64,000 nucleotides of DNA from positions 1,457,438 to 1,521,437 of the forward strand of contig NC_083427.1 of NCBI RefSeq assembly GCF_020745735.1. Reading direction: 5' to 3'. Both the position numbers and the translations under genes were made by a program. The stretch comes from Hemiscyllium ocellatum (lineage: Eukaryota). Below the pieces are notes generated by a model, which ran no database searches, was not told the origin of the DNA, and saw nothing but the letters and a program-made list of their open reading frames with translations. This document shows positions 12,360 to 25,669 of the stretch, one piece after another (positions within the stretch are counted from its first letter, which is position 1; each line of letters starts with the position of its first letter).

Positions 12360-13530
12360 AACTACCAATTCCTTCTCGAAATCTTGAGGAAGTCCTTTAA
12401 GTATATTAAAGGAAAAATGAAAACGAGAGAGAATAGAACCCTTTGTGGACCAATGGACATGTATGTGCAGAACTGCAGGATATGAGCGAGGTTCCCAATG
12501 ATTATTTCTCCTCTGTGATCACCATGGAGGAAGACGTGATGACTTAGAAACTTAGGGAAGATGGCATGATGGCTTGGGGACAGTCTCTATCGCAGTAGAT
12601 AAGCTTTTGTGTATATTAGCATGCATGAAGATAAATGTCCTCGTCCTGACCAGATATATCCAAAAATATTGCAAGGAGCTAGAGAAGAAATTTCAAGGAA
12701 CCTACCTGATATTTTTGCGTCATTGGTAGACAGGGGTGAAGACCGAGATGGCTGGAGTGTAGCGAATTTGGACCCATTATTGAAGATGAGCTGCAAAGAG
12801 ATGGCTTAAAATAAGCTCAACATCTGAGTTGGGTAAGTTACTAGAGACGTTTCGGAGAGATAAGATGTACATGCCGTTGGAAATACAAGATTTGTCAGCA
12901 TGGTTTTGCGTGGTGAGAGATCATGCCTCACAAATATGCTCGAGTTCTTTGATGAAGTGAACAGGAATGTTGACAAAGGCAAGGCGGCTTATGATGCCAC
13001 ATGGTGGGTGTCACGGTGGCACAGTGGTTAGCACTGCTGCCTCGCAGCGCCAGAGACCCGGGTTCAATTCCCGACTCAGGCGACTGACTGTGTAGAGTTT
13101 GCAGTTCTCCCTGTGGCTGCGTGGATTCCCTCCCACAGTCCAAAGATGTGCAGGTCACGCGAATTGGCCATGCTACATTGCCCGCAGTGTGATGTAAAGA
13201 GGCGAAAGGATGGGTAGCGCTTCGGTGGATCAGTGTGGACTTGTTGGGCCGAAGGGCCTGTTCCCACACTGTAAGTAATCTAATCTAAGTCTACATGGAT
13301 TTCAACATCGTATTTGATACGTTTCCATCTGCTAGGCAACTCTGGCAGACTAGATCGCGTGGAATACAGGATAAGTTGGAAAATATCGACGCAAACTTGG
13401 CTTATTGGTAGGAAGCAGAGGGTATTCGTGTCAAACCAAGTGCAGAGAAATGGGATAATTGTGGACAGAACCTTTGCTCGGCATGGGATAGTTTGGACCA
13501 AAGAGCTGTAGGACTTTGTGACTCTCAGTG
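12360..13530 (+). mobile_element. CR1/HER1 LINE ORF2 fragment hosting a SINE
   Basis: ORF 12609: DKCPRPDQIYPKILQGAREEIS..IFASLVD..EDRDGW.VAN (CR1 pre-RT). GTCTACATGGATTTC (VYMDF). 3' tail GACTTTGTGACTCT. Confidence 0.85.
13006..13288 (+). mobile_element. HE1-type V-SINE nested in CR1
   Basis: GGTGGCACAGTGGTTAGCACTGCTGCCTC...GGTTCAATTCC...CACACTGTAAGTAATCTAATCTAA. ACATGG occurs on both sides. Confidence 0.92.
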
Positions 13531-13619
13531 CAGGATGACCCAGAAGTCAACGAGTTAGAAGAAGACATATTGGCAAGGGTTAATGAGGATACCGAATGAG
13601 CATTAACTTTTCGTCATTG

Positions 13620-14010
13620 GTTGCTCTTTAGAATGTGGTGGTGAACATCTTCTTTGAATTGTTGCAGTGCCTTTGGTGAAGAGCAAGTTCCAGGATTTTC
13701 CCTCAGTGACATCAGAGGAATTGTGATTGATTTGTCGGTGTCGATGGTGACTGCTGTGGAAGGGAACTTGCAGTTGGTGATGTGCAAGTGCAACTGAAGA
13801 CATTGTCATTCTCCATGGAAGTCGAAGTCAATAGGAAGTTACTGTTTAATGTTACTTTTCACATTCACACCTTGTTGAATTTCTGTCATGCGGTTTGCAC
13901 ATTGTTCTTATAGAGTACCATGAAATAAATGGCAAATGGTGGTGTATTTGCTGCCAATCAAATGACCTGTTTTATCGAATGTTGTCGAAGTTGACTGACC
14001 GAGGCAAATC
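13620..14010 (-). mobile_element. LINE (CR1/L2-clade) 3' fragment
   Basis: GTGGTGGTGAACATCTTCTTTGAATTGTTGCAGT..GTTCCAGGATTTT, the same family as 25670-27330. Confidence 0.6.
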
Positions 14011-14064
14011 AAGAATCATCGGGAGGCCGTCAGGATTGGCCATGCACGAGGCTCTTCATATAAT

Positions 14065-14345
14065 AACAGAATTATGACAGATAAAAAAAGGCCATTCGCC
14101 CCATCAAGTCTGCACACACTGCACACAGTTCCACTGTCTACCACATCGTTGTAATCCGACAGTGGAGCTTTTGCCAAAACTAAACATCCAAGCATGCAGT
14201 TCAGTGGACACTGTTGGACACATCGTGATATTGGTAACGCAATGAGCCTGCACATATTTGGACTGTTGGGGGAATCTACAGACACAAGGATAATTTACAA
14301 TCTCGACACAGACAGTCGCCGAAATCGAACCCAGTTAGTTATCCC
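14065..14345 (-). mobile_element. Old HE1-like SINE
   Basis: GGCCATTCGCCCCATCAAGTCTGC...CCTGCACATATTTGGACTGTTGGGGGAA...ACAGACAGTCGCC...ATCGAACCC. Confidence 0.65.
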
Positions 14346-14699
14346 TGAACTGAATTTAAATTGAATTGAACTGAATTAGCATTACGATCACATGATCTGG
14401 ACAGAGAAGAATTGTTTGCAAGTCACCACATAATATGTATAAGTCACCAAGATACAGATATTTATGTATTTGTTACTAAATATAAAGAAAAATCTGTCGT
14501 ATGAATAAGTCGGAAAGTAAAATCATTCCTGTGCAGCTCCTCGCCTTCTTTCATGCATATTTCATTGAACCAGTGTCGAACGCCTTCCATTGCTGTTGTT
14601 GCAAATTGGCTCTGCCGAGCTATGAGGTTGTAGTTTTTTTGGAGAAAAGTTCTCTGTTGATACTTCTATGTGCCACTGCACTGATGCCCCGTTTTGTTT

Positions 14700-15320
14700 T
14701 TCGAGATCTGTTCCGAGTCCATCTCATTTAGCATGACAACTGTACACAATACAACGCAGTTATTCTCACTATGACAATGAATTGTGCTATGATAACATGC
14801 CTGTTCACTGGTCTCTCTTACAAATAATGTCATGGCGAGGTCCATTTGCAGCAGACAACTTCGTGAGGAGGAGGTCAATTATATTTTTCCATCTTACTGT
14901 CACCCCATTGCGTGCGATCCCAGCTCTCTTTTCAATTCGGGCTCAGCATGGACGAGTACTGATTTAATTGGTTGATGAGGATCCCTTGCAAAATGTTGAC
15001 CTGATGCCATGAGACTTCATGAACTCCAGAGTCAATGTTCCGTACAGTGAGATAAAATCATCCTTGACTGAGATCCTGCGTCACAAACTCTGCTGGATAT
15101 GATCGAAAAATAGGAAATAAATAGCTGACAGAAGATGATGGAGGTGTTTGAAATATTTGATTACGTGCATATGGCAATGTCAGGCTCATTTCTGACTCGC
15201 CTGTGAAACAGTTTCTTCAATCTGGATCTAACCGTCAGATACAACGTCATGCAAATTCCACAGGGATGGATTTTCTGTTGTTGTTTTTATACCGTATTTG
15301 ATGCAATGTATCTGTCTGGT
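14700..15320 (-). mobile_element. Decayed LINE endonuclease-region fragment
   Basis: CTGATGCCATGAGACTTCATG..CCAGAGTCAATGTT resembles shark CR1/L2 APE-region sequence. Confidence 0.45.
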
Positions 15321-15929
15321 ATCAGTTGAGAACATACTGAACATTTGTGAAACCATTTCGAACTGCAGTTAAAAGTCGATCACATATCTCAGGGCAATCA
15401 TAAAGGGACATTAAATACTATATTTCCTGTGCACCCACATTCCTGAACATAATAAAGGAAAACATATTGTCTTTGATCCTAATATCCCTTATTTCAGTTC
15501 AATTTATAGATCGCCAAAGTGCGTCGAGGAGAAAGACTGCTGAAAGCAATTAAAGTTTGGTCTTTTTTCAAAGTAAAACATAACAAACAGCATCGAAAAC
15601 AATTCCGGTAACTACCAATGAAAAAGGGCAGAAAACCAGGAATTTGCTTTGAATAACTCAAACCTCTCTTACAGACAAACTAGTTATGTTAAATACAAGA
15701 ATTGTCTTTTCTCATATGTAAGGGATCCACTAATCATAAATATAGATTACATTTGGGGTTAAATTGTTCTGTTCAATGTTGCTACATACAATTTCAGAAA
15801 GAACTAGTCTATTCAAGCGTTTCATAAATCTTGGGGACGGATGCATGAAACCGAAATCGGATGTTAGTCATCTTGTCAAAATGCTCCTGTAAAATTCCAT
15901 GGAATGCAACGAGCATTTGGTCATGATAT

Positions 15930-16247
15930 GATTAGATTCTCTACAGTATGGAAACAGGCTCTTTGGCCCAACAAGTCCACACTGACTCTTTGAAGTGTAA
16001 CCAACGCAGACTCATTCCCCTACATTTACCTCTGATTAAAGCTTCTAACACGCTTGGCAAATTAGCATGGCCAATTCATCTGATCTGCACATTGTTGGAC
16101 TGTGGGAGGAACCCGGAGCACCGGGAAGAAACCCACGTAGACACGCGGAGAACATGCAAATTACACTCAGGCAGTCGCCTAAAGCTAGTAGCGAAAACAG
16201 GTGCCTGGCACTGTGAGATTGTTGACCACTGAAACATGCTGCCCAAA
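15930..16247 (-). mobile_element. HE1-type V-SINE
   Basis: GATTAGATTC..ACAGTATGGAAACAGGC...GGAGGAACCCGGAGCACCGGGAAGAAACCCACG...GCTGCCC. Confidence 0.9.
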
Positions 16248-17879
16248 CTACTGAGCCAGCGTGCTGCTCATTAATATGTACACGAGTCAAGAACAGTTAG
16301 CCTGAAAACATTTCCCATTTCATGACAAGTTTTCATATTATTAATTTATGATTTTTGATATTCAGTGTGATCAAGACAGTCTTTCCCTATTTCCGATTGG
16401 CTTCTCATTCAACGTGACATCACTCGTCTGAACATTTACTTCTAGCTTGTGTGGGAACGTGCATCATTGAAGCCAATAGACTAGTGGCACGACTATCAGC
16501 AACTGCGCATGTAAAGATAGAATGTCAAAAATGCGATTAGAACTGCTTGCTTAACTTCTTCTCTGAACATGCGCATTCAATTCTACTTCTATAAGTTTAC
16601 TGTTAAGCAGAATTCCACATAAATACAAGAAACCAATTAACTGATGAAATTCCAAAACCTAAATTAAAATAAACTCAGAACAAATGATTGTCTGTTTATA
16701 TGATTAGGCCAGATATTACAAGAGTGGCAGGGTTTCTGATCCAAGCCTTTAACATTGATCAGGGCATTTACAAGTAAATAAACATGGAAAGCGTTCCTAC
16801 CACAACATTTAAATCATAATTAAGAAGCTCAGAATGTCAAACAGCTCATTAATCTTGAATTCCTCACTGATACAAGATCCAGACATTCCACGCGGAACAA
16901 AAATAATCGAGTTAAGCTAAATAAATAGATAATAGAACAATCCAAAACAAAATTAAAAGACATTCCTTTGCATTGTAGTTCGCAATACCACGGTGTCCCT
17001 GTTAAAGATATTCTGTAGATGGAAGAATTGGTCTACAATAAAGGTTGCTGACAATTACATCAATAACCGAGAAGAGGAAATCTTCAATAAAGCTTTCACA
17101 TACAAGGATACATATTGAGAAGAAAGTTAACTTTGTGTATTTTCCCTTCCAAATGTAATGCCAGTCTCAAGACCTTTTCCAAATGGGTAAACCCAGAAAT
17201 AGTTTCAAGATTGCCATACCTTGCCGGGAGTGAAACTGCCAAAACTGGACAAATCTTGCAAACCATGTTTTAGCATTAAGCGGGGATATATTCCAGTAAG
17301 CTATCAGGAACATCAAATAAAACATTCTGAGGCCCTTGGACAAATGTTTTGAATGAGCCATTGTCTTTTACAAGAAACACGAGGTAACGAAGAACTTACA
17401 TCGCCACCTGCATAATGTATTTACTTGCAGATAAAATATGAAATTCTATCCTTTATATCAATTGGATGCAATCCTTGGAAATTGCTATCTACCAGCGTTA
17501 CAATGTGACTTGATGTAGAATGTTAGAAGCGATATTGTTTTAAAAGTGTTGAATTCCAGGACAGTGAAAAATCCTTGTGTCACCTCAGCCATGAAAAAAA
17601 TGAAAGTTTGCTTTGTATCTTAAAACTTGTACTCCATCTTCTTTACAATATAGCTTCATGAGATTTGCAGATAAGGCTATTGTCAGAGTGATATTTACAT
17701 GAATAATAGCAAACAATCAGAACCTCTGCCATCTTGCTCAGCCTGTAAAAATCATTTGCATCCAACGATAGAATTCAAGTGCATCTTCACTTTAAACATT
17801 GCTCCTGTTTTATCTTATAAACAAAATTATTTGTCGATCAACGCAATGTTGAACTTTGTCAACATAATGTGCTGGACTA

Positions 17880-18375
17880 TAATAAATAAGGCCCAGAAAA
17901 GGTTGACAAGGATGAATCCAGTTTTGGAGTATTTGACTGAATATGCTGTTGCTGCTTTCCAGGGAGCGTCGGAGGCTAAGGTGTATAAAATCATAACAGA
18001 GGTTTATCATATCATGGGAGCGTGCATAATAATAAGACATAAATATTTCCCTTTGCACGGGGAATCCAGAACTAGAGGGCATAAGTTTATGGTGAGATGG
18101 GAAACCTTTAATAGGGATCTCAGGGGAACTTTTTGATGCTTGCTTTGTCAGAGGGTGATGCTTGTATGGAAGAATCTGCAAGAGGAAGTGGTGGAGATTG
18201 GTACAATTGGTACCATTTTAAAGGCAGCTGTTTGGATATATGAATGGGAAGGGTTTCGAGGGATATAAGCCAAGTGCTGGCAAGTAAGACTAGATTAATT
18301 CAGGGTATCTGTTTGGCATGGACAAGTTGAACTGAAGTTTTTTTTTCCCGTGGTGTACGCCTCCATGACTCCAAA
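17880..18375 (+). mobile_element. CR1/HER1 LINE 3' end
   Basis: QKRLTRMNP, GESRTRGHKFMVRWETFNRDLRGTF and the tail CTCCATGACTCC. Confidence 0.85.
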
Positions 18376-18609
18376 TATTATTGAAGTTTTATTCCAGTTT
18401 TCTCTGAAGTTCCCGTTGCTTAATCGAACAAATACTTTCAGAATTTTTTTCCAGCTTTGTGCTTCCTTCAATGACCCAGTTTGTAAAATTCATCCTGAGT
18501 TGTTGTAATCATTATGCCACAAATGAATAAATACATTTAGTCATAAAATTCAGTCAAGTAAATGGAATCCCTTTCAATTATATACGTTTGAAGAGCTGCC
18601 AATTGTTTT

Positions 18610-18910
18610 TGTTGTTGAATTCGCTCTTGGGGTGTGCGTGACACTGGTATGGTCAATAGTTATGCACAATTAATTGCCTTTGAGAAATGCTAATGAGCTC
18701 AGTATTTGAACTTCTGAAATCTATATCTTGTTGCTGCACATGCTAGTGCTTCAGAATGGGACTTCAAGTCATTGATTCATTAAAGAGAAGGTTTGTGGGA
18801 AATAGTATTCCATATCCGTGTGGTCAGAGTCTTGTATGGGACCATTCGCGTTAGTGTCCCTTGTGAGTTCTTCCGTTTCAGTTCCAGGTGGCATAGTTCA
18901 TCGGTTTGTG
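18610..18910 (-). mobile_element. LINE 3'-end fragment (CR1/L2 family)
   Basis: ATTCGCTCTTGGGGTGTGCGTGACACTGG...TAATTGCCTTTGAGAA. Confidence 0.5.
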
Positions 18911-21900
18911 ATTAAGAACCATAATGTTCAAACCATCGTAAGATGGAGAGCCACTGAAAAGCACTGAATTAGTGCCGTAGAATTTCACGCACAGCAAATC
19001 CACCCTTCAGTTCTAAATAATTAACTACAAACTGAGTCCCTAAAGCGATTGAATTGAATGCTTCATTTCACTGACTCTTGAGTGAATTCCGCAAAAGAAC
19101 TGCTCCGTTTCGAAATGAAAACCTGTATGTATGAATAATTCTCTCAACAATTTGGAATTACGTTTGACCACAGATTTATCTAGCCTCATCACTGTAACAT
19201 AAAGTCAAAAGTTGTGGGTGCTGCAAGTCTGGAAGTCTGACAAACTCAGAACACCCTCTGTGGAGAAGAAAGTTGAGTTAATGTTACGAGTCCAGAGATC
19301 CATATTCAGCCATCAAACTTTTGCTGAAAGAAGAGGTCAGAGATGAAAACTTCTATGTTTGGTAAGTGAACCCCTTGTTTCCAAAAGGCCAAGTAAAAGG
19401 GAGAAACTGATGAATCTACAAGTGACGTTATTACCCCAATAATGAATTGAGAAAATAACTGTTGACACAAGTGTCATAGAAAATTAGATTAAATCATTCA
19501 TGCAATAAAGCTTAAAAAATTTCGTGAGGCACATACTTGAAATGATCGGCCGGAGTTACGGTGAAAAGATTATTTGTAATTGTTTATTATTTCACATGTC
19601 ATATTTTTCCATAATGCTTTAAGGTACTGCTAATTGTCAGCATGCTGCCATTTTAAAATACATCTTTCACAGATTTATTTTATTCCTCCAGAAGTAATGT
19701 AAATGCAGCGTCATTGTTAAAAAAAACTGACATCAACAAACAAAATGGAACTTCAGTGTGTAGTGTCTGGAAATTTCAGTTTAAAGTTTAATGTTTAAAA
19801 CTTACCGAAAAGGAAACTGATTGATGCTTCTCTCATATGACGAAACTAACTTCGTTGGGTCGTATTCTGAAAAGCGAAATTTTCTTCTTACATGTCTGGA
19901 ACATTTCAGAGAAAATGTGCTTCAGAGCTATCGTTCTGTGAGCCCTTTCCTGTTAAAAATTAATATATGCTCATGTTACTGTAGGGGAATCACGAGAACT
20001 CTGAACAGTTTATCATGCTCGAAGTCAATTCTCTTTCTGACAAACAAAACAAAACATAAAATTATGATGAGGTTTTCTGAAATTAATACAAAGAAGTCAA
20101 GAAACAATGGGTCAAATACACTGAAAGTATTATGGATGCAAGAATCAGAATGCATCACTTTGACACTATTTCAATGGCGTGCTTTTTCTTATTCACATGA
20201 ACTTGGAAAACTGTCAGAAAATTGCTAATGCATAATACTTCCGCTAGTTTCGAGGGCTTAATACATGGTTTCAAATAAAATAAATTCAGGTGTACTGCTT
20301 TCACTTTTAGCTGAGCATGATCAGAATCTTTCTCTTAGTATTCATTGAAGGAAAGTAAGTCATTATCGAGTAGAAAAAATGATGTGTTGTGGTATCACCA
20401 GAGTGTAGATGGTGTTCTGTGATTAATTGATGCGTTCAGATTTGATCTGCGGAACAGTATCTTGTGTCATCAAGTGACTGATGCATGTAAGTTAAGTAAT
20501 ATGAGCGCTTAGGAACTGATGAAAGATGCTCAAATTCTTCGGTCAGTTCCTCCATGATTTAAAATCATGTTTAACTCGAGTCTTGAATAAATTCAACAAC
20601 ATCTACAGTGTATGGTGTAAAGCTATATCGCAAATATGAAGCGAACTCAGTTGTTAGCAATCCCGTAGTCAACTACCTTTTGGGAGAGGTGACATCAGAG
20701 TTTGAATACCATACGTCGTTATAACACCTTCACTACTGAATGCCCTCGATATAATTCTAGAATCACGGCCGCAAGATGAGATAGTTACTGCAAAATCTAT
20801 TTGTAAGATATAACCATTTATACGGTTGAGGTTAAATAGCTCCTCTTCATTCTGTAATTTACAGAAAATATGCCTTGTCTCTGGAAACTGTTTGCTGTAC
20901 TTTCAGTCAAAGCACAGGGAATTACTTTTTCCTTAAACTTTTAGATAGCACCGCCAAAGACAATGGAAGAACATTGACCAGAAATAATGCAACACAAGCG
21001 AAGTTGTCTAAAGCAAACAAGTTACTTGCTCTGCATATCAGTCCATTTGACTCATTGCTCTCTCCATCTTCATTTATCATACTGTTCCTATCATGTGGAA
21101 ACCGAACACTTGGCCAATGGATTCCACAGCCACCCGTCAGAAAGTATCCCACCCGACCTACACTCTACTGTATCCTGCAAATCTGCATTTCTCATGGCGA
21201 ATCCACATAGACTTGCTTTGACAGTGGAAGAACTATAGCTCCTGCAGAAGACCGAAAAATGCACAAGCTCCATACAAGTAGTCATCCAAAGTATGAATCG
21301 AACCTTCGTCTGTCGTGTTGTTTTTTTGATTGCCATCCTCTGAGTTGCCGACTTACTAATTGTAAAACAAAGTAGCCTTCTTCTCTTTGCACCTTTACTA
21401 TACCTATTATCTTTACCTTTCTCTGTTCCTTCATGTCGCTCAATGCTGAACAACATGCTGTGCCTTCTAACTGGTTCACACATTATTTAATTGCAACAAC
21501 GTTAGTAAAGTGTAACGTTCGTTATTTCAAGACCAGGAATGTGAGATCATCACAACTTTTTTCAGAAAAGAAAACTTCCAGATTCTGCTTCCAAATCTCA
21601 CGATTTCCATTCTCAAAGCCATCATCGTATGTGCCTCAGTCAGAATGTTCGCGTTATTCTGCATTTCATAGCTTCATACCCTCTCACAAACCATATCCCT
21701 ATCTCTCCCCTCCTGATACTTGTTTCTGTATCTCTTTACGATTTGCCTTCTTCATCATTCTTCAGATTCACAACCGCAGAAAACGTTGGATTAAAAAGCT
21801 TGAGAAAAGTGAATTAAGTTTCACAAGAAGATTACACAACCCCTGCCTATTCGCCAACCAGACACAATTTACGAATGTAAATGAATAAAACCATTGTTAT

Positions 21901-22280
21901 ATCACGACACTACCTCGCTCACATATCCCCAGGAAAGTGACACGGATGGTTTTAGTGATGAAACGCTTAAAAAAAGGAAAGGATTACCAATCTGATATTT
22001 TTCTCTACCAAAGAAACATTTCCCTCGACTCCATACTGTAAGTTACTCCCTAACAGTCAGCACACCATCGTCATATAATTAATGTCTGCAAGTTAACATG
22101 TGTTTGCACTTCCATCTGTTTCCTGACCATGTCCCTTTGTTAATCAGCTAGTTACTAGTCACTAGCCTTCCCTTGACTGTTTCTGTAACTTTATACAAAA
22201 ACACATAAACCATAACTGAAGGCAGCCAGCCCAGCCTCTTCTGAATGCATGTAGAGTTTTTTGCTTTATTAACTTGACGA

Positions 22281-24195
22281 ACAAAGTTAAAAATCACTGA
22301 ACAAAAGGTCATAGTCCAACAGGTTTATTTGGAAGCATTAGCTCTCCAAGCACTCCATCTTCTTCAGGTGGTTGTCGAGCATTTCCAGAAGACACAGAAT
22401 TTACAGCAAAATATGTCAGTGCATTGCAGTTGAAATATGATAAATCGACTTAGATTACGTCTTTCATGCTTTAGAATTGCTAGCTTTGTTTCGTTAGTAT
22501 GTAAATCCCAGAACATCTTTTTAAGCCATATTCTCAAGATAATTTCAGTTGTTCTGAAAAATGTTGTCATCGCAGCACAGGCGATGAATTAAAGGTGTGA
22601 GGCCAAAGTTTTTCTATGTATTACTCTTGAGTCCGAATGGTTCTAATTGTCAAGTGAGATTTGCAGAGTCTTACATGGATTGTTGGTTTTGCATTTCTTG
22701 AGCAAAATAAAATTCAGTTCTGAAAATTAAAATCACCTCATAAACTTACGTGTGCGTGCATGCTGCAGAGCCATTGTGAGTGTGTGCATGTGAGTGTGTA
22801 CATGTGGATGTGAGAACATGTGAGAGAGTGTGTGCTTGCATGTGTAAGCTTGGTGAACTATGTGTGTGAGCCTGTGAGACGGCGCGTGTGTGGGTGTGAG
22901 TGTGCAGAGTGTGTGCATGTGCGTCTGAGAGAGAGCTGGTTTATGAGAGAGAGTCTATCTTAGTGTGCGAGAATGTGGGAGTACGTGTTTGCGTGTGGGT
23001 GCGCGCACTCCGATGTGTATGTGGTCGAGAGAGTGTATAGTGCAGTGGGGTAACCTGTAGTGTTCCATGAAAGCAACGGTCGAGACAGAGACCACCCTCA
23101 TGTGTATCAAAATTGGCAATGAGTCTATGCTCTGTTACTTTGCATTGTTGCATTTCCTGAATCCGACTTGGAGGCCAAATATCTTGGAGCACTGAAGTTG
23201 TCCCCGACTGAGGGAACACCTTTGCTTGGTGATTGTTGTGGGTATCCACTCACCCGTTGCTGTGGTGTCTGCTCTACCTCGCCAATCTATCATGTCTGAG
23301 GGGATCTTTGCCTGCTCTGTATGAGATAGGCAACGTTGGCCGAGTCATATATGCACTGCCATATACATGTTGCCTTGTGTATGTCATCTTGTGTATTTGT
23401 AGTATGCTTATGATACTCTGACACATCTTGCAGCAGTTGCCGTCAAAGGGTTTTACAGTGATGTGGTTGATGATGCCCTGAAGGCTGGGCAGCTCGCTCT
23501 GAACTGTTTAGGGTTGATAGTTGCTTAAAGGCAAGAAGTGAAGGTGGGGGAAATGTCTTGGCTAGGTGCTTAACTTCAGGCCATTAAACAACCATCAAGC
23601 CTTAAACAGATCATTATTCGCATCAAACAGCGCAACCTTCAGGCCAACGTTGGCCACAACACCATAAAACCATGTCAGAGCAGCCGTCTGGGACGTTTGG
23701 CCTCGGACGTTCGGGTAACCATCCTCCAATCTGGACTTGTACGTTATTTCGCTCAAAAATCCATAACGTACAGTCAGTCAACGTACGATCCTGTAAATTC
23801 CACTTCAGGAATATGACCAGTCTGCCTCAACATGAGGACACAACCAGACTCTAACCTTACATCTTTAATGCATTATCTGAGCTGAGATGACAGCTTTTGT
23901 TAGAAAACCCGAAGTTATGCTGAGAATGTGTCTTAAAAGGAATTCTGGGAGTAACATATTAACGGACTGCAGCTCGCAAAAGAATTGTGAAAGTTGAAAG
24001 ACTTAATCTAAGGATGTTTACAATATTTCAGTCGCATGACACTGTAACGTTTTGCTATAAATGCTGTGTCTTATGGTCCTGCTCCACATCTACCTGATGA
24101 AGAAGCAGCGCTTCGAAAGCTAATGCTTCCAACTGGACCTGTTAGTCTATAATCTGGTGTTGTGTCATTTCTAACTTTTTTCACTCCAGTACATT
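22281..24195. mobile_element. Penelope-like element (second family) with inverted terminal segments
   Basis: 22281-22370 is near reverse-complementary to 24090-24182. The minus part carries a GIY-YIG-region remnant (ORF 22941..23249, KVTEHRLIANFDTHEGGL) and a (TG)-rich tract at 22750-23040. A plus-strand RT-end remnant starts at ~23580. Confidence 0.8.
24091..24125 (+). ncRNA. Minimal hammerhead-ribozyme-like core in Penelope terminus (relic)
   Basis: CTGATGA-A-[GAAGC agc GCTTC]-GAAA-GC-TA has both conserved boxes and a perfect stem II. Stem I is imperfect. Penelope-like elements are known to carry minimal hammerheads. Confidence 0.55.
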
Positions 24196-24714
24196 ATTGG
24201 ATCCTCCAAATCTTGAGAAACAATAATAACATCTCAACTCAAATATAAAAAATAAACATTTGATTTATCTCTGCAACTCTGGCCCATTTCAGAAAAAACT
24301 GTGCTATGCACAGATTGTAAAATAACATGAAATAGACTCCTCAAGTTCATGAAATTGTGGACGTAGCTTTTGAACATGTTTGTGTATTAATTGAACACGC
24401 GATATATTAACTAATACAGAAACTAACTGAGATCACATGGACATTTGGGAGAAAATTCAAAATAGTAAATGCAAGATCTGGCAATATAAACGTTTGAGAA
24501 GCAATTGGATTTTCCTTTGGAATAGTTGCACGTTGGCGTTTTAAATCAATTATCTCTAATCACTGGCCCCAAGAATATCTGTACTGAAATACCAATTTTA
24601 TGAATCACAATCATAAAGGTGGAACACTGTAAAACTTCGCAATTTTTCCCTCTCTCTAACCGATCTAGATACCACTCTGATCCCTGGGATGCCAAGGCTG
24701 ACGTATGAAGGAAG

Positions 24715-24985
24715 ATTGGACTGATTTGATTATTTTCACTGGAGTTTAGAGGAATGAAGAATGATCTCATAGAAATCTATGCATTTGTGATAGGTGCAGG
24801 TCAGGCGCACGCAGGAAGGATGTTCTGCCCATCATGGCGAAGTTTGTCAAAGATTCTGCCACTTAAAGCACTTGAGGCCAAGTGTTGAATGTTTTCAGGA
24901 AGGATTTCTATATTGTTCTGAGGATTGAAGGGTTCAGACGTTATGGAGAGAAAGCAGGGGCGGGTAGTCTGAAATGTTTTAAAAA
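24715..24985 (+). mobile_element. CR1 LINE 3' fragment
   Basis: TTTTCACTGGAGTTTAGAGGAATGAAGAATGATCTCATAGAAATCTAT (FSLEFRGMKNDLIEIY). Confidence 0.7.
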
Positions 24986-24994
24986 TTGCTAAAG

Positions 24995-25320
24995 ACCGGA
25001 AACAGACGATTCGGCCCTGAAAGTGGGCACCGATCCTTCAAACTGTACCCCACACAGGCACCACACCCCCCACAACACTTTCACTGTATGCCGACTTGTC
25101 CCATGACTAACGTACCTAACCTCCACATCCCTGAACACAATGAGCAATTTTGTCGAAGCAATATGGTAAACCGTACCTCTTTCGATTGTGGGAGGAAACC
25201 AGAGAACCCAATGGAACCCGAAGCAGGCATAGTGAAAATGTGAAAACACAGCACAGGCTCTTTCCCAAGCATGGAATTGAAACAGGTTCCTGGTGCTGCG
25301 TGATAGCAATTGGTTGAAGA
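24995..25320 (-). mobile_element. Old HE1-like SINE
   Basis: GGAAACAGACGATTCGGCCC...TGTGGGAGGAAACCAGAG...GGAATTGAAAC. Confidence 0.7.
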
Positions 25321-25337
25321 ACAATGGCAACATGGAA

Positions 25338-25605
25338 TAGATTAGATTACTTACAGTGTGGAAACAGGCCCTTCGGCCCAACAAGTCCACACCGACCCAC
25401 AATCCACCCATACCCCTTACCTAACACTACGGGCAATTTAGCATGGCCAATTCACCTGACCCGCACATCTTTGGACTGTGGGAGGAAACCCACGCAGACA
25501 CGGGGAGACCGTGGAAACTCCACGCAGTCAGTCGCCTGAGTTGGGAATTGAACCCGGGTCTCAGGCGCTATGAGACAGCAGTACTAACCACTGTGCCACT
25601 GTGCC
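25338..25605 (-). mobile_element. HE1-type V-SINE (young)
   Basis: TAGATTAGATTACTTACAGTGTGGAAACAGGCCCTTCGG...GGGAATTGAACCCGGGTCTC...CTAACCACTGTGCCAC. Confidence 0.92.
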
Positions 25606-25669
25606 TGTCATTGAATAGGGGAGAAAGTTTGAAATGACCAACCACTCTCCTATTTTCATTTTTATTTAT

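Noticed and set aside
3526-21355. Fleeting resemblances of exon translations to CD38/BST1, AOAH/saposin, C-type lectin, PKDCC and sialyltransferase motifs
   Set aside because: The matches are short, lie in mutually exclusive frames or the wrong order, and lack key conserved residues. No gene symbol assigned.
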